Positions 31,243-41,029 of a stretch of DNA of 49,719 nt are shown here, piece after piece (positions within the stretch are counted from its first letter, which is position 1; each line of letters starts with the position of its first letter). The stretch is from Minutocellus sp. GHC0000111 (Eukaryota). The notes under the pieces were generated by a model. It was not told the origin of the DNA. It saw only the letters and a list, made by a program, of their open reading frames with translations, and did not search any database. The position numbers and the translations under genes are program-made. The stretch is from contig OZ361260.1 of assembly GCA_977018835.1 (NCBI GenBank), positions 4,216,001-4,265,719 on the forward strand, given 5' to 3'.

Positions 31243-31401
31243 CGAGAGAAAAGTTGCATGGTTACGGCATAATCTGACACGATCGTACAGTGTCTCGGTA
31301 TCGTTTTCTAGTTTCAAATAATTGGGGCTTTTTTGAAAACACTGCCGTAGAAAGCAAGCGTTTGAAAAAAATGGAGGAGATTTCATACGCACAGCAACTT
31401 T

Positions 31402-32679
31402 ATGGTTGCTATGGATACTACTGCCGCCGCCGCCGCCGCCGCTGCTGAACCTCCCACGGTCGTCTTCCGCGGCAAAACTTCGTCCCTGAGAAAGCTTCGT
31501 CATACTCTCGCAAAGACGTGCCAAGTTATCGTTGGAGACGACGCTGCCAGCGACAGAGACAATGCCAACGCCAGCGTCATTGTTGTTTGCGGCGATGCCA
31601 ACTCCGTCTCGTCGGATGAAGCAGAGCAGCACCTGGCCTCGGGTGGATCCATCCTCTTTCTCCTCTCTGGCACCAGCTCGAGCCATCAGGTCCCCGCCTT
31701 CCTTCGAAAGGTTGTCGGTATCACGGTCAACGAGGACACTGTCGTTGGTCTTTCTCACAACACAGGCGCCGACGGCCTTCACCCTAGACATGTTCGCATC
31801 GTTGCCAATGGGGCTGCTCACACCGATATCATCGATGCCGGAGTTCGATCCATTGTCTACCCCGAGGGAATGACCCTACGATCTGCTCAGAATTCTACCG
31901 CTGTTACGATTCTCTCTTCTGGACCTGAAACGTTGCCGACCAACCGCCCCATAGCGATGGCTTGGGAGCAGCCAAGTACCGGTGGTAGGGTGGTTGCAGT
32001 CGGATCATCGTCCATATTTTCCGACGGCTTCCTCAAGAAGGAAGGCAACGGCCAGATGTGCAATGCCATCTTCCAGTACCCACTCAAAAGTACTGACCAG
32101 ATCACGTTCAAGAGGATGACTGCTAGTTGCAGCATCACAATCGAAGATGACCAGTCTCGCCCCGACATTGCCGCGCTGGCCAACCGCATCAAGCCCTGCT
32201 TGGGCAGACTCGATCCTCTGCCCCAGGACCTTACCGAGCTGTACTGCGATGACAATCTGTTTGGATTTGACACCGATACCGTCAGTGATCTATATCAAGC
32301 GATGGATGTCCCAAGAGAGCCCCTCCAGCTCATCCAGCCCGAGTTCGAGATCGTCATGCCACCCTTACGGCCGGCCGTATTTTCTCCTCAGATTGAGCTA
32401 CCTCCTCCGACACTCGAGCTGTTCAATCTCGATGAGGAATGTACCGACCGCCACACCAAGCTAGGTCAGCTCACCAACGAGTGTTTGAATGAGGGCACTT
32501 CGGCCGAAGAGTTTATTCAGAGAGCCGGTGCGATTCTCGGTGTGGCCGGTGGTCCAGGCAAGGTGCCCCCAAATAATGGGAAGGCTGTTCTCAGCCGAAT
32601 CTTTGGTCGGATTGTTGATGCCCAAATAGGGGCCGAGGATCGCCTGCCTGTATTGCACGTGGATACTCGTGCATTCTAG
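31402..32679 (+). CDS. IFT52: Intraflagellar transport protein 52 (divergent)
   Basis: GIFT domain (HLASGGSILFLL, GITVNEDTVV, IVYPEGMTL, LPTNRPIAM, GRVVAVGSSSIFSD) and C-terminal motifs PDIAALANRIKPCL, LIQPEFEIVMPPLRPAVF and PPPTLELFNLDE. Confidence 0.88.
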   Translation: MVAMDTTAAAAAAAAEPPTVVFRGKTSSLRKLRHTLAKTCQVIVGDDAASDRDNANASVIVVCGDANSVSSDEAEQHLASGGSILFLLSGTSSSHQVPAFLRKVVGITVNEDTVVGLSHNTGADGLHPRHVRIVANGAAHTDIIDAGVRSIVYPEGMTLRSAQNSTAVTILSSGPETLPTNRPIAMAWEQPSTGGRVVAVGSSSIFSDGFLKKEGNGQMCNAIFQYPLKSTDQITFKRMTASCSITIEDDQSRPDIAALANRIKPCLGRLDPLPQDLTELYCDDNLFGFDTDTVSDLYQAMDVPREPLQLIQPEFEIVMPPLRPAVFSPQIELPPPTLELFNLDEECTDRHTKLGQLTNECLNEGTSAEEFIQRAGAILGVAGGPGKVPPNNGKAVLSRIFGRIVDAQIGAEDRLPVLHVDTRAF

Positions 32680-32871
32680 AAGTAGGTATGTGGAGGGGAC
32701 TCACTCTACTTGCGCCACTACTAACTTTCTTACTTGATGAACTTTACGAAATAATGAGAATTTAGTTGTTTACAATTGCTGCATTGTATTGAATCCCCCC
32801 TACAAGAGTCTAGCTCGTACTACGTAGTGCGCTACTAGCTAGACATGATTTTTTGGTCTCGTTTCACGGCA

Positions 32872-35800
32872 TTACAAATTCAGTGAGCTGGAAACGAACC
32901 CATTGAAATCGAGACGCGAGAGCAGATTAGCGCAGTCACTGGTATCGCGCAGCTGTGTCATAAAATCGGTTAGATTGTTGTTGAAGACTTGAGAGAAGCG
33001 CGAAATCATTCTCTTGTAGGACTCCGTGTTGAGCTCTCGTTCCAATAGATCAGTATGTGCCTCCCATCGAGCCTTCCTTGCAGCGGCTTCGGCCTTGGCT
33101 GTTTTACGCAGACGACTGCGCTTGCTCACGATGGTGATGTTCTGCTGCCTCTTGTGACGTTCCTCCTTGGCTATTCTATCCCTTTCTTCGTTGATTTGCG
33201 TCGTTTCGACAAATAGATTCATTTGATCGGAAAACAGCAGGCAGGTCGTCATAAGTTTGGTAAGCGTGCGTATCAGATCACCATTCGTCAGTAGGCAGTC
33301 CTTGAGAGTACGGCGAAGGAATTCATTGTGCATGGAGAGGATGTCATCGACGGTTTGGTCGTTGTTGCCTTCATCGTCCGCGGTCGAAAAACCGAAACCA
33401 CTGTTGCCACTCTTCTTCTTTCCCGAAGAGATGGAATTCTCCATCATTTGCCAATTGGGCTCAATCACTTCAAACATCATGTAATAGACTAGGTTCTGAA
33501 TGAAATGAAGCATCCTCTGGCGCAACCCAAAGGTAGGGCAAAGTGATTTGCGTAAAGACTGGAATTCCTTCATAGACTGATGATCGAGCCAGGTACCGAC
33601 CAAGCGTCTCTCGACGTGCTTTACGAAGAAGAGATGGCGAAAGAGGAGCTGGTAGCTGGACACTGCCCTATGAGAAAGGATGAGTGAGACTGGGAATGGT
33701 ACGTATTGAAAGTCTAGCGTAAGAGCCTCGATGCCAGTCAAACCTCTGTTCATTGCTCCATATAGATGGCGAGAAGGTGTTCGAGCCTCTTGAGTCCTTA
33801 TGCCACCGCTGGTTGCATAGAGATCATCAAGACGATCGACGAGACTTTCCGTCGCAAAGCTTGCTTGCAGGGACGATGCCATGTATCGTTCCATCGAGAA
33901 GGTTTCGCCGGTAAGATTTGACGCTCTGATGGCACCGCCACCGCTTGGTTGGACACTCATGCTGAGCCAATTCTGCACGCGACCTCGAGAGACTTCAGTC
34001 ATTTCCTTCAAAAGCTCGGTTTCGGCCATGTCGAGAAAGTGGACAAAGAAGTCCCCCTGATCGAGCAAGAAGTATCGTTTCATAACACGGAGCGAGTTGA
34101 TGAGCTGATATTCGCCTAGAACCACTTGTCGGAGCCGCATCGCAGCGTCCCTGTAGGATCGATCGATATATGCTGACAGCTCAATGGAACTCATTGTAAA
34201 TTTCCACTCTGAAGCGTCGATCTGCATACCACTGCCCTCGCCATTCTTCGTTTCATCCGATTCGCGACCTTGAGAACCCTGGCAAAACTGAATAGCGTTC
34301 CAATACTTTCCCGTTGTGAGGATCTTATCCACAGCAATCTCGCGCTCGCGCCCCGTAAGCGAGAGGGAACAAAGGATGTGCTCGTCACGAACAATGTACC
34401 AGTGGAGCCAGTTATCACCGGAAGTGCTAATGCCGTGACTATCTTCATCAGGCGAATGCTCGATCATGAATTCACCATAGGGGTCAGAGAGGGTGCCACT
34501 GTCCAGCCATCCTCGGAGCATGGAAAGGTATGGGACTGATGCTGCATCTAAGAGGTATGTGAGGACGTCTTGCGCCTTGGAATCGCCCAAGAACTCGGCT
34601 TCCATCAAAGCAGATACAGCATTTAACAGCGCCCCTCCCTTCAGGCACTCTGCGACCTCGGCAACGCGGCGAAGCGCTTCCATCGTCCTCATCGAGGGAT
34701 GCACAAGAACAAGTAGCTTACTGAGCGTAAGGCCTGTTGGCCTCATATACAGAGCCTCCAAATGTGTCGCAAAGGCGAGATATTCCTGGATCAGAACATC
34801 CATAGACTCGGCGAGAGCATGGGCGACCGAACCAAATTCATAACGACACAGTCTTGTTTGTAGGAACGAGTTGACGAACACGAAATCAGACGATAGCGGC
34901 AGAATTCGATTCATCATGTGGCGAAGACTTGCATCGATAGTTCCTCCGACAATTGAGTACGATGCCAGGCTAAACTGAAAAGACTGCATCTCACTTTCAC
35001 CCTCTTCCTTTTGTTCGTCATGCTGTGTGCCAGATGACGAACTCTTGCCCTTGACATAACGTCCCTCCAAGCCCATCAGTGATGCAAGTAATTCATCAAG
35101 TAGAATTTGCTCCTGAACCTGAACGGGTTGCTTAGCCAACGAATCCCCGGGCTGTTTCTCGGGAGGATTGGCGCTATTGGTGGCAAACACAGATTGGACC
35201 GCCCCACCGGGTAGATCGTCGTCGCGTCCTGGATGGAGAAGGTAGGTCCCATCCAGAAAAGGACGTCCACCAATGACTGCATCCTGCGCCTCGATTCCAG
35301 ACTGGGAGCTGTCTGTCAACCACGCCGGACAGGATGGTGCTGATGCTTGAATGATGCGAAATGTTTCCGACGGAGTTGGTCGGACATAATCATGATGCTG
35401 GAGGAAATCCAGCAACGTACGATCCTCACTGGTGGAGCCACCCCCTCCGGCCGTAGTTTGATAGGAAGATGTCACAAGAGTCAACCTCGCTTTGCCGCCA
35501 ATGGCAAATCCAGTTGAGGCAAGTGCTACATCATGACCTCCTAGAGAAAGCAGACCACCCGTTTGCACATTGCGCAAGACAAATGGATCACCCGATCGGA
35601 CGGGACGGCGTCTCGGTAAAGTATCTCCCTTGGCAGTTGATGCGGCGCCGGTAGCAGAAGAAAGGGCAACATCAGGCCCGACCTCTACGTACGATCCATC
35701 GCCGCGGGATGGCAGGATCTCCCATCGTTCGGCCTGACCCCTGACGGTCCGGTAGAAGCCGATCTGGCCACCAACATCAATATCCCTTCCACCATCGTTG

Positions 35801-36957
35801 TCATCGTCAGAAATCGGCTGCTTGGCCTTGCGCACCCCCAACGATCTGTTCCGTGCATACGACGATTGGAGTGAGATCAAATCCCCATACCGGACAACGC
35901 CGGCGTCATCTGCGGATGAGGCCACATCGTGCGCACGTCGGAGGGTGAGTATCTGCTCCCCCGCTCCCCTGCCGGTACCGTCCACAACGACCGCGCCTGT
36001 GCAGTACCGACTCTGGGTTTGTTGGGCGGCACTGGTGTTGCTGTTGCTCTTGTTGGCGTTGGCAACCCCATCCACGGCCGATACAGAGGCCACCCCGATG
36101 GCATCGTTCATGATGCGCACAACGACGGACGAATCGTAAGTAAGGCAGGTGGCGTCCAATCGATCGGGTTCGGTCGGTCGGAGGATTCCAAAGTCAGATT
36201 GCTTCATTACATGTATTGCTGCCTTTGCATCGTCCGCACCAAGCACCTCAGTACCACCGGCCATGCGAGCACTACCTCCTTTGCTACCCCTGCCATTATT
36301 ATCATCCTCGTCACCATCCATCTTGTCTCCGCAATCGGACCAGTCCGACCAATCCCTGGAATCGTCATTGTCATCGGCATCCTCGTCATCACCAACACCG
36401 GAGTTTGAATTGCTCGTCCTGCGGTTACTTGTTCTTGTACTCCCGGGCCTGCCACTTGTTTGGCCCAGCCCGTCAAAGTCCACCCGCCGGATACGGTACG
36501 TGTCATCTCCACCACCGCTTTCGTCGCCATTTGAGTTATTCATATTTTCACAAACACCGTTGGGATCGGTAAGGTCGGCATTGAGCGACGAGAGGAGATT
36601 CTTGACGGTTGACATGGGAGACGATGATGAGGAGGAGGAGGATGCGACACCAGCAGATGACGCCGGGGTGCTACGGACCGCCGAACCGATGCCGGTGCCG
36701 CCGCCAGAGCTGCCTCTTGCCGCAGAAGATGGCCGCGCCGCCAAGGAGGAACCGACGAGATCGGGCCGGGGAGGTGCCAGTCCAGCACGTGTTGCGTGCT
36801 TGGCCCTTTGCATTTGTCCGGCATTCGCCGATGGGGCCGATGCCGCGGCTCCGCCTGTGGAGGCCGCCTCCCTGCGGCGTCTCCGAGCGGCCAGGGCCTC
36901 TTGGGCCGACTGCTTCCGCGCCGCGGAGGTGGAAGAGGTGGTATCCGACGCCACCAT
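32872..36957 (-). CDS. GCP2: Gamma-tubulin complex component 2 with a long N-terminal extension
   Basis: GRIP motifs QEQILLDELL...LMGLEG, KILTTGKY, YFLLDQGDFFVHFLD, YQLLFRHLF and LRQRMLHFIQNLVYYMMFEVIEPNW, in an intronless ORF. Confidence 0.9.
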   Translation of the reverse strand: MVASDTTSSTSAARKQSAQEALAARRRRREAASTGGAAASAPSANAGQMQRAKHATRAGLAPPRPDLVGSSLAARPSSAARGSSGGGTGIGSAVRSTPASSAGVASSSSSSSSPMSTVKNLLSSLNADLTDPNGVCENMNNSNGDESGGGDDTYRIRRVDFDGLGQTSGRPGSTRTSNRRTSNSNSGVGDDEDADDNDDSRDWSDWSDCGDKMDGDEDDNNGRGSKGGSARMAGGTEVLGADDAKAAIHVMKQSDFGILRPTEPDRLDATCLTYDSSVVVRIMNDAIGVASVSAVDGVANANKSNSNTSAAQQTQSRYCTGAVVVDGTGRGAGEQILTLRRAHDVASSADDAGVVRYGDLISLQSSYARNRSLGVRKAKQPISDDDNDGGRDIDVGGQIGFYRTVRGQAERWEILPSRGDGSYVEVGPDVALSSATGAASTAKGDTLPRRRPVRSGDPFVLRNVQTGGLLSLGGHDVALASTGFAIGGKARLTLVTSSYQTTAGGGGSTSEDRTLLDFLQHHDYVRPTPSETFRIIQASAPSCPAWLTDSSQSGIEAQDAVIGGRPFLDGTYLLHPGRDDDLPGGAVQSVFATNSANPPEKQPGDSLAKQPVQVQEQILLDELLASLMGLEGRYVKGKSSSSGTQHDEQKEEGESEMQSFQFSLASYSIVGGTIDASLRHMMNRILPLSSDFVFVNSFLQTRLCRYEFGSVAHALAESMDVLIQEYLAFATHLEALYMRPTGLTLSKLLVLVHPSMRTMEALRRVAEVAECLKGGALLNAVSALMEAEFLGDSKAQDVLTYLLDAASVPYLSMLRGWLDSGTLSDPYGEFMIEHSPDEDSHGISTSGDNWLHWYIVRDEHILCSLSLTGREREIAVDKILTTGKYWNAIQFCQGSQGRESDETKNGEGSGMQIDASEWKFTMSSIELSAYIDRSYRDAAMRLRQVVLGEYQLINSLRVMKRYFLLDQGDFFVHFLDMAETELLKEMTEVSRGRVQNWLSMSVQPSGGGAIRASNLTGETFSMERYMASSLQASFATESLVDRLDDLYATSGGIRTQEARTPSRHLYGAMNRGLTGIEALTLDFQYVPFPVSLILSHRAVSSYQLLFRHLFFVKHVERRLVGTWLDHQSMKEFQSLRKSLCPTFGLRQRMLHFIQNLVYYMMFEVIEPNWQMMENSISSGKKKSGNSGFGFSTADDEGNNDQTVDDILSMHNEFLRRTLKDCLLTNGDLIRTLTKLMTTCLLFSDQMNLFVETTQINEERDRIAKEERHKRQQNITIVSKRSRLRKTAKAEAAARKARWEAHTDLLERELNTESYKRMISRFSQVFNNNLTDFMTQLRDTSDCANLLSRLDFNGFVSSSLNL

Positions 36958-37186
36958 CGTTGGCCAAAAACAAGAAAATGAGAGCAGCGCCAAAGAGTTT
37001 TTTAGGGGAAATAAAAAGGGATCGCCCCCGGATCTGACGATGACGCCATTTTCTTTCGGAATGAGCAGCTGAGCTCAACGAGCTCTCGTATCTTCCGTTC
37101 AGGGTCTCCGATAGCATACTTTACTACGTAGCCACTCTAGAGACTATCACATTGGATAGGATTTCCCAGGCAGCACGATAAACAAC

Positions 37187-38173
37187 ATGAGTGCCGCCGA
37201 ATCTTCATCCTCTGCATCGGCATCACCAGCCGCCAATACCGCCACAACAAGCACCGACACGCGATTCCGCGGCAAGACCATCGTCATCACCGGCGCGGGG
37301 GGCACCTTTGGCCGTGCCGGTTGTCTCTACTTCGCCCATCGCGGGGCCAAGGTGGCCGCCTTGGACAACAACTTTGACGCTCTGACCGAGACAGTGAAGC
37401 TGGTCCGAAAGGAATGCCAGGCGTCGGCTCAACCCTACGTCAACAAGCACATCAACGGATTCGAATGCGACGTGACCAGCACGGAGAGTGTCGATGCCGC
37501 CATTAGGGATGTGGTGGAGGCATTCGGTTCGATCGATTTGCTGTGGAACAATGCCGGATATCAGGGCCAGATCAAGCCGACGCTGGAGTACAGCTTGGCT
37601 GACTTTGCTACTGTGTTATCGATCAATGTGACGGGCATGTTTGCCGTAATGCAAGCCGTGGCCAAGGTGATGGCCAGATCGTTTGAAGAGTCCAAGAACA
37701 ACAAGAACACAACAAAGGCGGAGGGAGAGGGCGGCGATGGCGATGATTCTGCAGCATCTGCATCTTCCCATCCCCATGCAATCGTCAATACGGCATCAGT
37801 AGCCGGAATGAGAGGGACACCGGCCATGGTGGCATACAGCTCGTCCAAGGCAGCAGTTCTGGCCATGACAGTCTCCTCCGCCAAGGACCTAGCACCGCAT
37901 GGTATTCGGGTCAATGCCGTTTCTCCGGCCCTTGTCGGTCCTGGGTACATGTGGACTCGGCAGAACGAGCTGCATGCCAGCTCAGGATCCCCCTACTTTG
38001 CAACCGATCCGGAGGAAGTGGCCAAGGCCAAGGTTGGCGGCGTACCGATGAAAAGGCTGGGTACGACGGACGAGGTGATCAAGGCAGTAGCATTCTTGCT
38101 GAGTGACGATTCATCGTACACCACTGCCTTTAATCTTGTCGTCGATGGTGGCATGAGCGGTGGCTTGCGGTAG
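37187..38173 (+). CDS. Short-chain dehydrogenase/reductase, xylitol/polyol dehydrogenase-like
   Basis: Motifs ITGAGGTFG, NNAGYQG, NTAS and YSSSK. The segment GPGYMWTRQNELHA...YFATDP...VPMKRLG recalls Gluconobacter xylitol dehydrogenase. Confidence 0.8.
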   Translation: MSAAESSSSASASPAANTATTSTDTRFRGKTIVITGAGGTFGRAGCLYFAHRGAKVAALDNNFDALTETVKLVRKECQASAQPYVNKHINGFECDVTSTESVDAAIRDVVEAFGSIDLLWNNAGYQGQIKPTLEYSLADFATVLSINVTGMFAVMQAVAKVMARSFEESKNNKNTTKAEGEGGDGDDSAASASSHPHAIVNTASVAGMRGTPAMVAYSSSKAAVLAMTVSSAKDLAPHGIRVNAVSPALVGPGYMWTRQNELHASSGSPYFATDPEEVAKAKVGGVPMKRLGTTDEVIKAVAFLLSDDSSYTTAFNLVVDGGMSGGLR

Positions 38174-38347
38174 ATTTGTGCTACAGAAAGTGGAAAATTG
38201 AAGACGGTAGACTCAATATACGTGTGCCGAGAAAGAATGTCTACATGTAGCTTGCAAAGCTAGCTAGCTAGATAGCTAGCTACGTAGTACATTGTAGAGA
38301 AGAAAAGAGATAATATTATCAATTAAAATTCTACTTGTAGATAGAGT

Positions 38348-39139
38348 CTAAACCAAGGCGGATGCGAGGAAGAAGGCATGGGCCACGGCACCACAGAGAG
38401 CAATGAGATTTGTGAGACTGCTCATGCCGTGGAATTTGCCGAAAGAGGCGGCCAACTTCTTGTATTCGTCGGTGTCCTTTCCTCCCTCCTTCTCCTCCAA
38501 TTCGTACCTATCAAACATCACCTTCGTCGAGGTCGGTTCCAGATAGAACAGATTGATCAGAGTCATTCCAAAGGCAATTCCCAGTGCCTTTGTGGCCTTG
38601 ACCAACGGAACACTGTCCGACAGGCCCTTGACGGTAATGAGTTGCAAAAGGATGGCAACAGCCGAGAGCATGAAATATTTGGGAAAGAGCTTGGACTGCA
38701 GTCGACCAAACGTCTTTCGGGGCAGATTCTTAAACATGGTTATGCCCGCAATGAAGGTCGTGTAGAATACGGTGCCAAACCACGTCCCGAACGACAGCAA
38801 GTGGATGGTGGCGGCTGTCTTGCCGGGGAGCGATGCGAGAGGAGATCCCGAAACATATCCAGCCGCACCCAACGCAGACAGGATCGCAGCCGAGCGAAAG
38901 AGCTTGGTATTCCAAACCCGGGCCTTGGTCCACTCCCCTTCCTCGGAGGATGCCTCGGCGGCCAGCAGGGCGGTGGCAGAGCTGGAGCTCGTCATCGTCA
39001 CCGCGGAGGATGACGAGTACAAGGGAGAGCGGCTTGCTGAGGACAGGGGCCGGTTAGCCACTGCCGGACGGAACTGGAAGCCATTAGTGGTACTGGCAGC
39101 GGCAAATGCAGCGAAGAGAAGGGCAGTGATGAGTTTCAT
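38348..39139 (-). CDS. TMEM205/DUF4149 membrane protein, probably plastid-targeted
   Basis: Motifs TTFIAGITMFKNLPRKTFGRLQSKLFPKYF, NLFYLEP and FGKFHGMSSLTNL. Presequence MKLITALLFAAFAAASTTNG-F. Confidence 0.85.
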   Translation of the reverse strand: MKLITALLFAAFAAASTTNGFQFRPAVANRPLSSASRSPLYSSSSAVTMTSSSSATALLAAEASSEEGEWTKARVWNTKLFRSAAILSALGAAGYVSGSPLASLPGKTAATIHLLSFGTWFGTVFYTTFIAGITMFKNLPRKTFGRLQSKLFPKYFMLSAVAILLQLITVKGLSDSVPLVKATKALGIAFGMTLINLFYLEPTSTKVMFDRYELEEKEGGKDTDEYKKLAASFGKFHGMSSLTNLIALCGAVAHAFFLASALV

Positions 39140-39950
39140 GGTCCTGAGTGACGAAGTCAAGTCAATGGTACCTATGTACGTGAGGCTGACAGATAGATGG
39201 CGTACCGATGCGACAGAAGTACGTAGGCCTACGAGATTAGTCCCGTCGGCCGGCGAGGTAAGTCGGTCGGCGAAATAAATCAACTCGAAGGCGCCAGACC
39301 CGCATCGCGCATCGCGCAGGTCGCAGGTCGGCATCAGAGCAGTGTGCGGCCATCGCTGAAGTCATAGTCAGGAAGTAGTACGAGTACTACTATTGCCCTC
39401 GCACCTTGAAACCGCATCTCTACACTATTACTGCCTTCTCTCAAAGAAAGAAGCAGCCGCCCAAATCAATCTGTGATGACATCATCTTTGGCCTCTTGCG
39501 TTAGTGCAGCAGTTCACGCGCCAAGATCTGTACAGAACTTCAAGAATTCGAGGAGACCAAACAAGGATGTCAATGGAGGAGTAGACACGACCAAATCCTC
39601 AAGGAGACGCTTTGGCAAGCTGAGGCAACGAGGCAAGCTGTGCGCTATACACGATGCGTCTGTTGCTACCGAGGAACTGGAAAGGACCTCTCGCAATGCT
39701 GGGCCACGTTCCGTTCACTTTCCAGACTCTCACACGTCTGCCAGCGCCGGCTACGACGCCCCTTGGATTTCACATCGAGCCGACGAGGTTCCAGTAAGTC
39801 CACAGCAGTCAAACATCGTGCACTGCATTGCATCTAAATCTTGTGATGGACTTCATTTTCATGCGAAACGGATCGCCTTCAGCACAATTCAACGCATTGT
39901 CGAATTACTCATTTATCTTGCTTCTTCCTCCTCTCTTGTCTTGATCTACA

Positions 39951-40646
39951 ATGAATCTCACCATACCTTCACAACTTCTTCGAAACGTCAAATCAAAGCT
40001 CGCATATAAAAAGGGCGCGGCAACTACTACTGCGGCATTGCTCGAGAAGCAGGTTTCTTTTCAGCCTCGCAAATCACGTCGTATTTCTCCGAAAAATGCC
40101 GTTGTCGGTGATAACTCGACGTGGGTGGAACTTTTAGTTGTCAGCCGTAAGAAGGGGAGCAATAGAAGCAGGTCCTTGTTCTTTAATATTCAGAACCGGC
40201 ATGCGTATTGGGACGAACCACCTACTGGTGCCAGCGAAGTTGTATACCTCGGCGACCTGGAGAAACTAAATGCTCTAATGGCTTCAGTGGAGAGAAAGCA
40301 GCAGATTTATCGTGAATCCTGCCAATCTGTCGCGGCTGCTGCAGCCAGGGCGGCTCCAAATGGTTTGAGCATCGGTGGCGGCGATCACAGCAGCGTCGGA
40401 AGCATTGGCATCGATTCTACTACTAGTGCTAGTACGCAAAGCACGTCGCTGGCCAGTGCATCCAGCGTTTCCTGGCTCAGCAGTCATGTTTACGATACTG
40501 TCGATGTCAATACCACCACAACCATTGTTCAAACGAGAATGATGTTGTTACTTTTTGCAATCAACGTGTCCCTTGTTGCATTTCTTTTGATGCTATGGCG
40601 ATATCAGTATTGCATGGAGGGAAGAGCGGAGGTGGCAAATGCTTAG
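39951..40646 (+). CDS. Hypothetical protein with a WW-like motif and a C-terminal TM helix
   Basis: TWVE...SLFFNIQNRHAYWDEPP, and a hydrophobic tail MMLLLFAINVSLVAFLLMLW. Confidence 0.5.
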   Translation: MNLTIPSQLLRNVKSKLAYKKGAATTTAALLEKQVSFQPRKSRRISPKNAVVGDNSTWVELLVVSRKKGSNRSRSLFFNIQNRHAYWDEPPTGASEVVYLGDLEKLNALMASVERKQQIYRESCQSVAAAAARAAPNGLSIGGGDHSSVGSIGIDSTTSASTQSTSLASASSVSWLSSHVYDTVDVNTTTTIVQTRMMLLLFAINVSLVAFLLMLWRYQYCMEGRAEVANA

Positions 40647-41029
40647 TGCATGCATTGTTATTTCAAGGAATGTTGCTTGTGTGGCACCTCTGGTCCTCTC
40701 CGAAATGAAAGTCCTGCTCAATATTCAAGGTAACGCGAATGGATCCTGGACCAAGGGTTTTGGTGCTAGCTACGTATAATAGCTGCCATGATCCCGGCCA
40801 ACATATTCAATCAAATAAATACTTACATATACAGTACTTTACAGAGATATCAAGCAATTGTTGTCTGCTTACATCCTAGGTGCTGGTTCGTATTGTGAGA
40901 TTCGATGGATTGATGTCTTTCTTGGTCATTTTTTTTTATATTTTTTCCTCTTGTACGGCCGTAGCTCTTCTCTTCGGCTACTTACGATCCTAACGATACC
41001 AAGTCCTAGCTAGCTAGTAGCTAGAATCG

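Noticed and set aside
31402..31821. True 420-bp antisense overlap of KAP and IFT52
   Set aside because: KAP similarity begins only downstream of about 31150. The upstream extension is the antisense shadow of IFT52, and an ATG at 31242 removes the overlap.
39473..40009. 178-aa ORF
   Set aside because: No motifs and it overlaps the next ORF; it could be a UTR or upstream exon but cannot be supported.
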